Of a stretch of 64,000 bases of DNA, positions 1-9,208 are shown piece after piece; position 1 is the stretch's first letter; each line of letters starts with the position of its first letter. Below the pieces are notes generated by a model that saw only the letters and a list, made by a program, of their open reading frames with translations, had not been told where the DNA came from and searched no databases. Location of the stretch: sequence record PV472050.1; one strand, 5' to 3'. Made by a program: the position numbers and the translations under genes.

Positions 1-270
1 GATTATGATGTCGAAGCACTGATCGGGGTTATTAACGAACTGCGTAAGGAAGAAGACGACGTCATCGATGACTATGTCTTCCACCGGAATGAGTCGGCTA
101 ATTACCGGAATCTGGATGAAGAACTTCAACCGTTTATTAAGCCCGCTGTACGGTTCAATGAGAATAACAAAATCGAAATCAAGTTACTGGGTGGTTGGAA
201 ACCTTTTAACCCCGCTGTGTCGGGTTCTGTACGGAGAAAAATGAATGAAGACAAACACTTCACCGCCTGA
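1..270 (+). CDS. Hypothetical protein, 5'-truncated by window edge
   Basis: Open frame from base 1 (DYDVEALIGVINELRKEE...) to TGA at 268-270; overlaps the start of the next ORF. Read manually, not in the ORF track. Confidence 0.6.
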   Translation, partial: DYDVEALIGVINELRKEEDDVIDDYVFHRNESANYRNLDEELQPFIKPAVRFNENNKIEIKLLGGWKPFNPAVSGSVRRKMNEDKHFTA

Positions 271-793
271 GTACATCATCAGTGAGAACGGTGACTGGTT
301 CCATTTCAGTGGGTATTGGGGGATGTTCTCCCGGTGCTTGTGTCGGATGGGTGGGAAGTTCCATGAGGCTATCGATGTCTCGTTAACCCCGATTAATGTC
401 TGGGAGTGGGAAGAACTGAAACAGGTTCGTATTCGTAAACACCGCACCACTGAGACCAATCCCTTTGCTTTCGCCCATTCGTTCCCCAAAGTGCATTATG
501 ACCACCTGGTAGAAAAAGTGGGGGAGACGATTGCGCGCCTGCTGGTTCACGAGGATCTCTTGGCTGAAATAGACATGTCGCTGTTTCGCCACATGGACCG
601 TGTGTGGGGATGGGGTGGTGGCGTGCCCTTTATCCTGGTGTGTAAAGAGCGAGACCGTTACCCTGAGCTCCTGGAACATTGGTTCACTGTATTGGATAAC
701 GAATCCGCGTACTTGAAAAGCATGGATGAGGACATGATGCAACGTTATCTCATCCATACTGAAAGCTGTCGGGCTAAAGCCCACTCTCACTAA
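245..793 (+). CDS. Hypothetical protein (182 aa)
   Basis: Long ORF coupled to the upstream gene; no recognisable motif. Confidence 0.7.
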   Translation: MKTNTSPPEYIISENGDWFHFSGYWGMFSRCLCRMGGKFHEAIDVSLTPINVWEWEELKQVRIRKHRTTETNPFAFAHSFPKVHYDHLVEKVGETIARLLVHEDLLAEIDMSLFRHMDRVWGWGGGVPFILVCKERDRYPELLEHWFTVLDNESAYLKSMDEDMMQRYLIHTESCRAKAHSH

Positions 794-864
794 TTCCGAA
801 CACCCGCTCCTATTCTTTACCTCGGAATGACAATTCAATCGTTAATGATCTATAAGGAACCTGA

Positions 865-1125
865 ATGACTACCATCAAAGTCCAACAAAAACTGGGTCTG
901 GCTGCTTTTGCTATCCTGTCGGACCAACTGAAAGCAGAAGGTATTCACGTGATTAACCCGGTAGAGGGCGAGGTGGTTACCGCTGACGATGTGGTTGGTA
1001 AAGTCCTGGCTGCCTTCAACCTGGGCAACAAGATTGAAGTGAACGCGGACGTCCCCGCTAGCAATAAAGGGGTGAATTACCGGTTCGAACGGATTGGGGG
1101 AGCGTACTACCTGGTCCGGAAGTAG
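865..1125 (+). CDS. Small protein (86 aa), weak HPr/NPr-like pattern
   Basis: AAGGAA RBS, C-rich codon usage, followed by a hairpin. The KLGL...G..I pattern resembles HPr but has no His15. Confidence 0.75.
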   Translation: MTTIKVQQKLGLAAFAILSDQLKAEGIHVINPVEGEVVTADDVVGKVLAAFNLGNKIEVNADVPASNKGVNYRFERIGGAYYLVRK

Positions 1126-1134
1126 CTAACGACT

Positions 1135-1163
1135 CACCCTCCTGCCTTATTGGCAGGAGGGTG
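1135..1163. terminator. Intrinsic terminator-like hairpin
   Basis: 12-bp perfect stem CACCCTCCTGCC/GGCAGGAGGGTG with a T-rich tract shortly downstream. Confidence 0.7.
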
Positions 1164-1191
1164 TATGTCCTTTATTTGTTATGAGGTGGTT

Positions 1192-1854
1192 ATGTCAAGA
1201 CAATCGTTGTTGGAATATGGAAGAGGGTGGTTATGCGACCAGGGTGGTGAGGGTAAAGAGGAATGGACCGCGGGTGACGCGGTGTTCTACTCCATGAGTG
1301 TCAGTCCTTTAGCTTATCCCACCACCACCTTTTGGACGGGTCGTTTCAATATCCACATGGAGAACATCACTGTTCGGTTACATTCGCACGATAATGATCC
1401 TGAATTGGTGTTGTTCTTCAATAAGCTCAATCTACTGGAGCAGGGCGTACGGGAGTATTGCAAGGCGTTCAGAAAGGTCCTCAATAACCCGAAGAAACCC
1501 CTAAAGGAACCCGTCTATAAGCGACAGTGGCTCAACCCTGAGAACATTGAAGCGCCCTTCACGGGGCATTATTTCTATTTCATCGACCAGGATAAGGCAG
1601 GTAGGTTCTGCGTTGGGGATTGTCACCGGACCATCGTGATGTGGATGAACATTCACCACAATGATGGGATGGTCTTTAACAAAGCGCTGTTAGAAGTTCA
1701 ACTCAACGCCCTGCAACGCCTGGTGACCTATTTGAAGGAGGCTCAGGTTAAGATCAAGAGTCTTCGTAAGCAATACAAGGTCTTAGGTTGGGATAAACCT
1801 CAGGAGCTCCAGAGTGACTCACCCCCTGAGGACGTTCTTCCAGATCCCCAGTAG
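1192..1854 (+). CDS. Hypothetical protein
   Basis: ORF 1150..1854; start moved to ATG 1192 because it has a GAGGTG RBS and the TTG at 1150 lies inside the hairpin. Confidence 0.7.
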   Translation: MSRQSLLEYGRGWLCDQGGEGKEEWTAGDAVFYSMSVSPLAYPTTTFWTGRFNIHMENITVRLHSHDNDPELVLFFNKLNLLEQGVREYCKAFRKVLNNPKKPLKEPVYKRQWLNPENIEAPFTGHYFYFIDQDKAGRFCVGDCHRTIVMWMNIHHNDGMVFNKALLEVQLNALQRLVTYLKEAQVKIKSLRKQYKVLGWDKPQELQSDSPPEDVLPDPQ

Positions 1855-1867
1855 AAATTAATAAACC

Positions 1868-1875
1868 TATATTAC
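1868..1875 (+). promoter_or_regulatory. Putative early (virion-RNAP) promoter TATATTAC
   Basis: Exact TATATTAC, the phiKZ early promoter motif, in the intergenic gap upstream of the chaperonin. Confidence 0.65.
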
Positions 1876-1918
1876 TCAGGTGTAATGCAATTAGGTATGG
1901 TTTAACAGGAGTACGAAG

Positions 1919-3595
1919 ATGTCTCAAACGCTGCTGGTACATGGTGAAGAAGCCCAAGGGATTATTAAACAGGTCTTGAGTGAGGTGTATGACGCCGTCA
2001 CTTCGACCATGGGTCCGAATGGTCAGTTGGTGATGATCAAGAATGGGGTCTCCACCAAGACCACCAAGGATGGGGTGACGGTAGCCCGTTCCATTCGCTT
2101 TGCAGATGAAGCCCATGAATTGGTGAACCGGGTAATTACCGAGCCGGCTACGAAGACCGATGAGGAATGCGGGGATGGCACTACCACCACCATCATGCTG
2201 ACCCATGCGCTCTATCACCTGTTCAAGGACTTCCCAGGTTTCCAACACCACCGGAACATTGAAGACCTGGTAGAACGGGTTATCCAACGCTTGGAATCCA
2301 TGGCGATTCGGGTGGAAGTGGATGACCCTCGGTTGTATCAAGTGGCCCTGACCTCGTCTAACCAGGATGAAAAGCTCGCCCGACTGGTCAGTGAGCTCTA
2401 TGCGAATAACAAAGGGAGTTATCCGGATATTGAACTCAAGGAAGGGGTCAACTTCGAAGACCAGATCGAACAAACCACAGGGCGCACCATCCGCATGTTC
2501 TACGCGAATCCCTGGTTTGCGAAAGGCCATCAAGGGGGTGTGACAGAATTGACGGGGTTTACGGCGTTCGTTATCGATCGTCGGATTGACAAGGAAGACA
2601 CCCAGAAGTTGATTGATGGGGTGAATCACCTTGTGAAAACCCACAAACAACACCTGGTCCTTCCTATCCTGCTGATTGCACGAAGTTTCGAAGAAGCCGC
2701 TAACTCGACCCTGATGCAATTGAATGCGGCGCACCCAACCCTGGTAGAAGACGGACGTCCTTGGTTAATCCCGTTGAGTACGCCGGTAGGTGGTGCAATT
2801 GGGACCTCTGAACTGCAAGACATCGCGGTCATGCTGAACGCCCCTATGCTCAGTGACGTAGCGGACCTGACCAAGTTGGATACCCATTCGATCAATGGCC
2901 AACACGGCCAACTGGAACTGGGGGGTAATCGGTCTATCCTGAAGAGTACCACCCCTAAGGATGAAGACCGGATCGAACAACATGCTCGGGGTATTGAGGA
3001 ACTGTTGGAGGGGTTTAGCCTCAGCGATAAGTTCTCTGTACGCGCCCGGTACAACGAACGGCGTATTCGGACCCTACGGGGTAAGTTGATCACCATTTCC
3101 GTAGGCGGCGAAACCTATTCTGAAGTCAAGGAACGGGTAGACCGGTACGAGGATGTGGTGAAAGCCATTCGTTCCGCCTTGGAGAACGGTATCCTTCCTG
3201 GCGGTGGTGTATCCCTGGTTAAGGCGGTCTTCGGTACGATCAAGGAAGGCCTCGAAGATAAAGACCAGAGCGCTGAGTTTGCTAAGCGGTATATCAACTC
3301 AGGCATCGGCAATGAGTTGATGCGACTGTCCACTATTCAGCATAAGCTGTTGTTCAAGGACACGTCACTGTATAAGGAAAATGGGAGTTTCCATTTTAAT
3401 GATGATTGGCTCAATACACCGACCGTCATGAATCTGGCAACTGGTGAGATTGGTACCCCGGAGGGATTGGGTATTTATGACACCGCGTATGCTTCTATCA
3501 CTGCGCTGAAAGGCGGACTCCAAACCGCTAAGATCTTGGCCACTACGAAGACACTGATCCTAGGGGAGAAGTTGTCGGCGGTTAAGGTGCGGTAA
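1919..3595 (+). CDS. groEL: Phage-encoded GroEL-like chaperonin (EL gp146 type)
   Basis: Motifs TMGPNG, TKDGVTVA, GDGTTT, GILPGGG and GIYD; 558 aa; no GGM tail; AGGAG RBS. Confidence 0.97.
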   Translation: MSQTLLVHGEEAQGIIKQVLSEVYDAVTSTMGPNGQLVMIKNGVSTKTTKDGVTVARSIRFADEAHELVNRVITEPATKTDEECGDGTTTTIMLTHALYHLFKDFPGFQHHRNIEDLVERVIQRLESMAIRVEVDDPRLYQVALTSSNQDEKLARLVSELYANNKGSYPDIELKEGVNFEDQIEQTTGRTIRMFYANPWFAKGHQGGVTELTGFTAFVIDRRIDKEDTQKLIDGVNHLVKTHKQHLVLPILLIARSFEEAANSTLMQLNAAHPTLVEDGRPWLIPLSTPVGGAIGTSELQDIAVMLNAPMLSDVADLTKLDTHSINGQHGQLELGGNRSILKSTTPKDEDRIEQHARGIEELLEGFSLSDKFSVRARYNERRIRTLRGKLITISVGGETYSEVKERVDRYEDVVKAIRSALENGILPGGGVSLVKAVFGTIKEGLEDKDQSAEFAKRYINSGIGNELMRLSTIQHKLLFKDTSLYKENGSFHFNDDWLNTPTVMNLATGEIGTPEGLGIYDTAYASITALKGGLQTAKILATTKTLILGEKLSAVKVR

Positions 3596-3603
3596 GGGGT
3601 TTG

Positions 3604-3646
3604 TAAAGGAGTAGGGGGAAGACCCCTACTCCTTTATTTTTTTTTT
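3604..3646 (+). terminator. Rho-independent terminator
   Basis: Stem TAAAGGAGTAGGGG/CCCCTACTCCTTTA followed by a T10 tract. Confidence 0.85.
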
Positions 3647-3757
3647 AAGGAAATCGATGGATGACGAAGCATTTGAAGGAGGTAGACATCCTATGCAGTG
3701 AGTCTTGTAACTTCTTTTGACTTACTCCCATTGGACCACCTTTAAGAGGATAAAGCA

Positions 3758-4387
3758 ATGGCTTCAAACCTTCCAATCCAAACGATCTTCCTCGACAAAT
3801 TCGTCGAGTTCAACAAAGACCGCTACAAAGACGACGCGGAAATGCTCGCTCTCTTTGACGGCCTGACCCTCGCGGACATCACGATCTCCGACATCACCGC
3901 CGACGGTACCAACCCCGAGCTGCAAAGCGCCACGGTCACCTCTGTGAGCCGCAACTTCAAAGGTGTCGAACAGAAATGGCTGCCGGCCAACATCAACACT
4001 CCGTTCGCCTTCGTGGTGGTGAACAAAGGTGCTCCTCTGACCGGCGAAGACCAACTGGCCGAGCAGACCACCCCGGGTGCCTACGTTTACCTGGTCGGTG
4101 AAGGCGAAGAAGCGGTTCAACGCGTGGGCCTGGTGCTGGCTTCCACCACCACCACTGAAACCCAAGCCGCCGACGCCCTGGCGCTGTTCAAGGCCAACTT
4201 CGAATACGTCCTGGACGACGCCGATGTCGATACTGCCACCGCCAAGGTGCTCAAGGTAACCACCAACCCGTTCACCCGCGGCGAGCTCGTGTACGAAATT
4301 GGTAAGGCTCCGATCATCGAGATTCCGGAAACTGACTACGGTCGTCTGGAATTCAAAGAAATCGTTCAACCCGAACCCCAACCGTAA
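3758..4387 (+). CDS. Putative virion structural protein (209 aa), paralogue of 16075..16668
   Basis: GAGGA RBS, strong C-ending codon bias; N-terminus FLDKFVEFNKDRY aligns with FLERFIAFNKERY of the 16-kb ORF. Confidence 0.75.
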   Translation: MASNLPIQTIFLDKFVEFNKDRYKDDAEMLALFDGLTLADITISDITADGTNPELQSATVTSVSRNFKGVEQKWLPANINTPFAFVVVNKGAPLTGEDQLAEQTTPGAYVYLVGEGEEAVQRVGLVLASTTTTETQAADALALFKANFEYVLDDADVDTATAKVLKVTTNPFTRGELVYEIGKAPIIEIPETDYGRLEFKEIVQPEPQP

Positions 4388-4394
4388 GCTAGAT

Positions 4395-4426
4395 AACTAC
4401 CCAGTGGGCTAGCCCACTGGGTAGTT
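4395..4426. terminator. Terminator-like hairpin
   Basis: 14-bp perfect stem AACTACCCAGTGGG/CCCACTGGGTAGTT just after the stop codon. Confidence 0.75.
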
Positions 4427-4542
4427 TACCTCTCTTCGTACCTCATTTCAATTCCAGTGAATTTCAAATCTACATCATCAGTGTGAGCCAGGGGCAATAA
4501 AAGTTCACGGATGAATGAATTCTCTTGCAACTGGTGCTTTAA

Positions 4543-5124
4543 ATGTCATTAGGAATATTCACCATGAGTATGAGTACTGCTAAAAGGGGTAACTTTTCTA
4601 CGTCCCCCGGCAAGGAAGACGATGATCTTCCTCTGCACGAGATCCGGGATGCCTTTAATCCCGCGTTTGTGAAAACGTTTGACAAACTGGGCCTCGACCC
4701 ACAATTGATCAAAGAGTTTATTTACGCGCTTGATCTGCTCGACAACATCGTTAAGACCCCCAACTTCGTATCGGGCAGAATTCTGAATAACCGAGATATC
4801 GAAGCGTACGGCGAAGAAGCGGTCTTCGCGTTCAACCGGAATAACAATATCCCGTACTACTACGTGCGGTTGGGTATTACCGTGTCGGAAACGGTGTACA
4901 AATTGCAGGACGAGTTTCTGGAACGTGATTATCCCAAAACGATCCTGAGTATTCTCCGCCCCATGCGCACGCCAGGTATTGACGTGACCGTAGACGGCCA
5001 TCCTTACAACGTAGGGATTACCTTCAAAACGCCTCATCCTTTGTTCGGTTTGGTGAATTACCAAGATCTCCGGACTGGGATGAACACTTCAGTCCCCTTC
5101 CTACTCACTCGGGTGGGACTTTGA
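4543..5124 (+). CDS. Hypothetical protein (193 aa)
   Basis: Long ORF; real start may be ATG 4564 after AGGAA; hairpin follows at about 5127-5174. Confidence 0.7.
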   Translation: MSLGIFTMSMSTAKRGNFSTSPGKEDDDLPLHEIRDAFNPAFVKTFDKLGLDPQLIKEFIYALDLLDNIVKTPNFVSGRILNNRDIEAYGEEAVFAFNRNNNIPYYYVRLGITVSETVYKLQDEFLERDYPKTILSILRPMRTPGIDVTVDGHPYNVGITFKTPHPLFGLVNYQDLRTGMNTSVPFLLTRVGL

Positions 5125-5224
5125 TCCTCTACCTGCTCCACTGGGCTTAACGCTCCGGTGGAGCGGGGTAGGGGTTATTACCGCTTTAAATTTTTCAATA
5201 CACCAACCCAAAAAGGTAATAACC

Positions 5225-6109
5225 ATGCCGAAGAATGAGAACAATCCTGATAAACAAGGTCTTACGTCTATCTCTGATGAAGACTTGGATAAGGCACTCA
5301 ACGAACTGGACAACGCAGGGGAAGACGTAACTCCGGTGTCCAAAGAGACCGCTACGCAGCATCCGGGTACGTCGGACATCCTCAACCGCTATTCTCACCC
5401 CGCCCTTCAGCCGAAGAAGGGAACACCTGAATACATCGAGTGGAAAGCCGCTCTCAAACAGGAAGAGGACCGTTTAGTGGAATCCTTGAAGACTTCGGTA
5501 ACCCAGGAACATGAAGAGAATGTCCTGAAAGGGAATACCCTGGGTACTAAACCGAAGACCAAGCAGGTAGAAGGCCTGTTGGAGATGGTGGTTCGTAAGA
5601 AGGCTGAACTCACCCAAGAAGACACCGTAGACGCCGCAGAACGCGCATTGGCAGCGCTGAAGCGAGTACGGGAATATAACCGTAAGAAACGTATTCGACT
5701 GTGGTCCATGGTTGTTGGGCTCTTGGTGGTTGTGGGAAGTGGTCTCTATGGGGGGTGGATGTTCGTCCAGAAGCAAATGCTCACCGGTCATTACACCGTA
5801 GTCGCGGAGTGCAAAGTCCCTTACGGGGATTTTGAAATTACCGGTAAGCGGTACTACCGCTACGCGTATCAATCGATTCTGGGTTACCACCTCGTGGATG
5901 AGAGTACAGTCGAAGAAGTCACCGAAGTCAAACTCCCTGGGGATAAAATCATTATCCTGGGATTCGATGCGAGTAAAGGGAACTGGTGGCGGATGAACTA
6001 TGACCGGGGAGAATTCGGTACCGTTAAACTCAAGCCTACAGATAAGTACTGGTTCGTCGGTGAGAAAGACCGTACCACCCTGGTACCTTATCACTCGTTC
6101 TGCCATTAA
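5225..6109 (+). CDS. Putative single-pass membrane protein (294 aa)
   Basis: Hydrophobic stretch LWSMVVGLLVVVGSGLYGGWMFV preceded by RKKRIR (positive-inside), charged N-terminal half. Confidence 0.75.
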   Translation: MPKNENNPDKQGLTSISDEDLDKALNELDNAGEDVTPVSKETATQHPGTSDILNRYSHPALQPKKGTPEYIEWKAALKQEEDRLVESLKTSVTQEHEENVLKGNTLGTKPKTKQVEGLLEMVVRKKAELTQEDTVDAAERALAALKRVREYNRKKRIRLWSMVVGLLVVVGSGLYGGWMFVQKQMLTGHYTVVAECKVPYGDFEITGKRYYRYAYQSILGYHLVDESTVEEVTEVKLPGDKIIILGFDASKGNWWRMNYDRGEFGTVKLKPTDKYWFVGEKDRTTLVPYHSFCH

Positions 6110-6138
6110 ACGGTAACCTTACCGAGGGAATCAATCCC

Positions 6139-6717
6139 ATGCTGAATACCTCAGACCAACCTGTGGGTCTCTTGTCCAGTCGATTGTACATCGATCCCAA
6201 CGATGGTTCTTTCTTCATTGGTCATTTGGAAAAGTCCCACAAGAAACGGTGTCACTTAGTACGCCACAAGCTCCAATACGCGATCCGGTATTATTCATCC
6301 GTTAAACTGCCCGAGGGGTGGTTGGTGGGTATTAGTGATCGGGAGGCAAGCCGGTATTACTTCTTCCCTACCCAGGGAAGACGGAGGAGTATCCTGGTTC
6401 CTTTACCCAGTACAGCGTACCGGGAGATCTGGTTTAACCTGTTTAAAGGGCTCTGGATGACTGGTGCCCGGGAGGCTATCTACCTGCACAGTGTCGCGTA
6501 CCCCCACCTCATGGAGCTCTTGAACGAGTCCTTGGTCCCCAGAGTGATTTCTGTTGAAGGTGAATGGAAAGGGGAAGGGTATATTGCGTCTCTGGAATGG
6601 AAACCTGAAAAACCCGGTCGGTTGATCGTAACAACGACCTTGGATAATGCTAAAGACCACAGTGTTCCGATCCAATGGCATCCCATCGATGCGGTGGTTC
6701 GTCTCATCCGAAAGTAA
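6139..6717 (+). CDS. Hypothetical protein (192 aa)
   Basis: GAGGGA RBS; part of a co-directional run. Confidence 0.7.
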   Translation: MLNTSDQPVGLLSSRLYIDPNDGSFFIGHLEKSHKKRCHLVRHKLQYAIRYYSSVKLPEGWLVGISDREASRYYFFPTQGRRRSILVPLPSTAYREIWFNLFKGLWMTGAREAIYLHSVAYPHLMELLNESLVPRVISVEGEWKGEGYIASLEWKPEKPGRLIVTTTLDNAKDHSVPIQWHPIDAVVRLIRK

Positions 6718-6729
6718 GAGGATTACATC

Positions 6730-7593
6730 ATGAAAGAAGAAAACCAGAAGAAGACCAACAGTTTCCAACGTGGCGATGTTCGCGTAGTGTCTTCTAAGAC
6801 GCATCCCGGCAAATCGAAATTCCTCCCGGTAAACCTCATGGGACCGGATACGATCGAGAACCCTGACCAACTGGTCCTCCACGTTCATCACCGTCTGACC
6901 GAAGGCCAGAAAGCGTTCTACCACACCCTGGAAACCTACGGGCTGTGTAAGGCCTACAGTTCGTCACCTGATCCCCGTACGTTGGTGATCAACATCGCTA
7001 CCGGTCTTCCCCACACCAAGGAAGAGAAAGACGCTCCTCGTCGCAGCATCGAGCTGGACGCCGGTATTATCCTCTACGCGGTTATCAGCGAACGGGAGGG
7101 TGGGCCCTTCAAAATCGTCATCGTAGGGACCGCTACCCATACGACCTATTTGGTGATCCGTGAGGACGTTGCCTTCTCGTTCATCATCGATAAGGTGTCG
7201 TTGTCGGTTCAGGATGCGGTAGTCGCCCTGTACGCCAGCAACCTCAGCAAAGGTCGGGGTCTCTTCGAGAACACCGCTAAACACCTTCCGGACTTCTTCT
7301 ACAAGCTGTTTAAGGCGGTCTTCCCGGAAATGGTTCGTCTGGAATTCACGATCACTCACATTCATGAAGACAGTGTTCGTGTTGCACTGTACTGGGATCC
7401 TAGGGGACCTAACAAGAATCTCATTGCCTGCAATGGGTTTGTCTTCCCGTTGGACATTTCCCAGTTCCCGGGTAAACAAATCTCCCGGGGGTATAACCTC
7501 CAGAAGAAAGAAACCCGGCATGTCGCCCACAAACAAAAGACATCTGACCTGTCAGTCAACACCCAGCGTCTGTTGGAAAAGTTCTCGAAATAG
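6730..7593 (+). CDS. Hypothetical protein (287 aa)
   Basis: GAGGA RBS; followed by a hairpin at 7605-7630. Confidence 0.75.
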   Translation: MKEENQKKTNSFQRGDVRVVSSKTHPGKSKFLPVNLMGPDTIENPDQLVLHVHHRLTEGQKAFYHTLETYGLCKAYSSSPDPRTLVINIATGLPHTKEEKDAPRRSIELDAGIILYAVISEREGGPFKIVIVGTATHTTYLVIREDVAFSFIIDKVSLSVQDAVVALYASNLSKGRGLFENTAKHLPDFFYKLFKAVFPEMVRLEFTITHIHEDSVRVALYWDPRGPNKNLIACNGFVFPLDISQFPGKQISRGYNLQKKETRHVAHKQKTSDLSVNTQRLLEKFSK

Positions 7594-7676
7594 TCTGTGA
7601 GTACGAGGTGGGGGGTAACGCCCCCACCTCTACCTATGCTGTAACGCGCTGTAATACCCTTTAAAGAGTTTTTAAC

Positions 7677-8177
7677 ATGAAAGGTACCCTACCCCATTAC
7701 CAGATCAGAATTATCGCTAGAAGTGCCTTTACAGACGATTTAAAGGAGAGACTCAAACCACTGTATGAAAACCTCTTTCACCACGAACTCCATCTCGTCA
7801 TCGGTACTAAGACAACCCGTGAGCTGTTTAAACCTTCCACCCGTAGACATCCCCATCCCTCCGTTATTGAGAAACGGTACGAAGACTTCTTCAAAATAAC
7901 CGACAAGATAGTACTCGTTACTCACTTGGGAGAAGCCGTGGGATATCTGGCGGTGGTTAAGAACAAGATCACCTCACTCTTTGTTGAAGAAGACTTCCGG
8001 AAGCTAGGCTTAGGGCGGATCATGGTGTCCAAGTTACAACGGGGTGGACATCCTGTGAACCGGTTCCTCTACGTTCAATGCTTTACCCAGAATACAGCTG
8101 GTATCAACTTCTACCGGAAAGTTGGGTTTAAGGAAATTGACAGAGGAGAGATCTACACGGTTTTGTTAATGGAATAA
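7677..8177 (+). CDS. GNAT-family N-acetyltransferase
   Basis: Motif A LFVEEDFRKLGLGRIMV (R-x-x-G-x-G) and motif B NTAGINFYRKVGF. Confidence 0.85.
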   Translation: MKGTLPHYQIRIIARSAFTDDLKERLKPLYENLFHHELHLVIGTKTTRELFKPSTRRHPHPSVIEKRYEDFFKITDKIVLVTHLGEAVGYLAVVKNKITSLFVEEDFRKLGLGRIMVSKLQRGGHPVNRFLYVQCFTQNTAGINFYRKVGFKEIDRGEIYTVLLME

Positions 8178-8185
8178 ACACCGTA

Positions 8186-8215
8186 CTAGGAGTAGCCCAT
8201 AAGGGCTACTCCTAG
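8186..8215. terminator. Bidirectional terminator between convergent genes
   Basis: 13-bp stem CTAGGAGTAGCCC/GGGCTACTCCTAG with a T tract downstream. Confidence 0.8.
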
Positions 8216-8235
8216 GGGTGTATTTTATTTTTGTT

Positions 8236-9162
8236 TCAAAAGAAGCGGTAGATATCACGGTAGCGTCCTGCTTGGTAGTAATCTCCTGATCCAATGGTGG
8301 AGGAATTAACACCCCCTACCAGGTAAATCCCACTGTCATCCGTGAGCATCTCAAAGGCATACCGTTTAGTTACCGTGGTCATTTGCTTGTACCAACGGTC
8401 TTTCAGTATGTCGTAAATATGGAACACGATGTAACCGTTTTCAACACCACAGAGAATCAGGAACTGTTTCCACGAAGTCCCCCCAGTCCAACTACTGGCA
8501 ATAGGTGCTTCTGTTACCGTTCTCCAGGTGTTGGTAACGGGATCGTATTCCCTGACCAGTCTTGACGTACCCGCGGGGTCGTTCCATCCCCCGAATACAT
8601 AGATCTTTCCATTGAACTGTCCGATGTAATGCCCATTGAGCGCCATCGGCATATCCGCTTTACGGGTCCAGACGTTGGTGGTGGTGTCATACTGGTGGTT
8701 GAGGGCTGTGGGTTTATTGGTACTCCCCATGTAACCCCCCATGCAGAAGATCGTCTTATCATCCAGGGTAATACACCGACCTTGTCCTCGGGCTCCATCC
8801 GGGAGGTTATTCAAGTTCGTTGAAGACCCTGTTGAAGGATTCAATTTCCACACATGACTCACATAGTTCCCATTATTACCGGTAATACCCCAGAAGGAAC
8901 TGTTGCAGTAACACCCGCCACTCCAGGCCCATACGGAGATATTCCCGGTAGTGGCCCACGTACGGGTGGTAAAGTCATAACGGGTATACGTCTGTTGTTG
9001 ACCCCCACCGGCAAACTGACCTCCGAAGATATGAATCTTCCCTCCACCGATACCCGCACTGAAGTTAGCAATACCGTTGAAAGGAACTTGAGTCACCCAT
9101 TCCATTCGTCCCAGAATGTAGGGGTTATCATCAGAAAGGGTAAATAGTTGACTTTCTAACAT
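8236..9162 (-). CDS. Kelch-repeat beta-propeller protein, probably tail-associated
   Basis: Repeated GG-..Y..W units (KIHIFGG, IFCMGG, KIYVFGG, YDPVTNTW, GIYLVGG). Confidence 0.85.
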   Translation of the reverse strand: MLESQLFTLSDDNPYILGRMEWVTQVPFNGIANFSAGIGGGKIHIFGGQFAGGGQQQTYTRYDFTTRTWATTGNISVWAWSGGCYCNSSFWGITGNNGNYVSHVWKLNPSTGSSTNLNNLPDGARGQGRCITLDDKTIFCMGGYMGSTNKPTALNHQYDTTTNVWTRKADMPMALNGHYIGQFNGKIYVFGGWNDPAGTSRLVREYDPVTNTWRTVTEAPIASSWTGGTSWKQFLILCGVENGYIVFHIYDILKDRWYKQMTTVTKRYAFEMLTDDSGIYLVGGVNSSTIGSGDYYQAGRYRDIYRFF

Positions 9163-9208
9163 GAAGCCGCTCCTAAAGAGAGGGTGTTAACGTCCTCTCT
9201 TACTGATT

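Noticed and set aside
865-1125. Possible GroES co-chaperonin upstream of groEL
   Set aside because: No GroES motifs (PLxDRV, mobile loop GGI, G.V.AVG), and it is separated from groEL by a terminator and another gene.
1150-1191. TTG start of ORF 1150..1854
   Set aside because: It lies inside the terminator hairpin; ATG 1192 has a proper RBS.
1754-2734. 326-aa minus-strand ORF and many other long antisense or alternate-frame ORFs (e.g. 11393..12328, 13307..14293, 15292..16368, 51652..52755, 55249..56988)
   Set aside because: They lie entirely opposite or within well-supported genes, lack an RBS and motifs, and read as codon-bias shadows.
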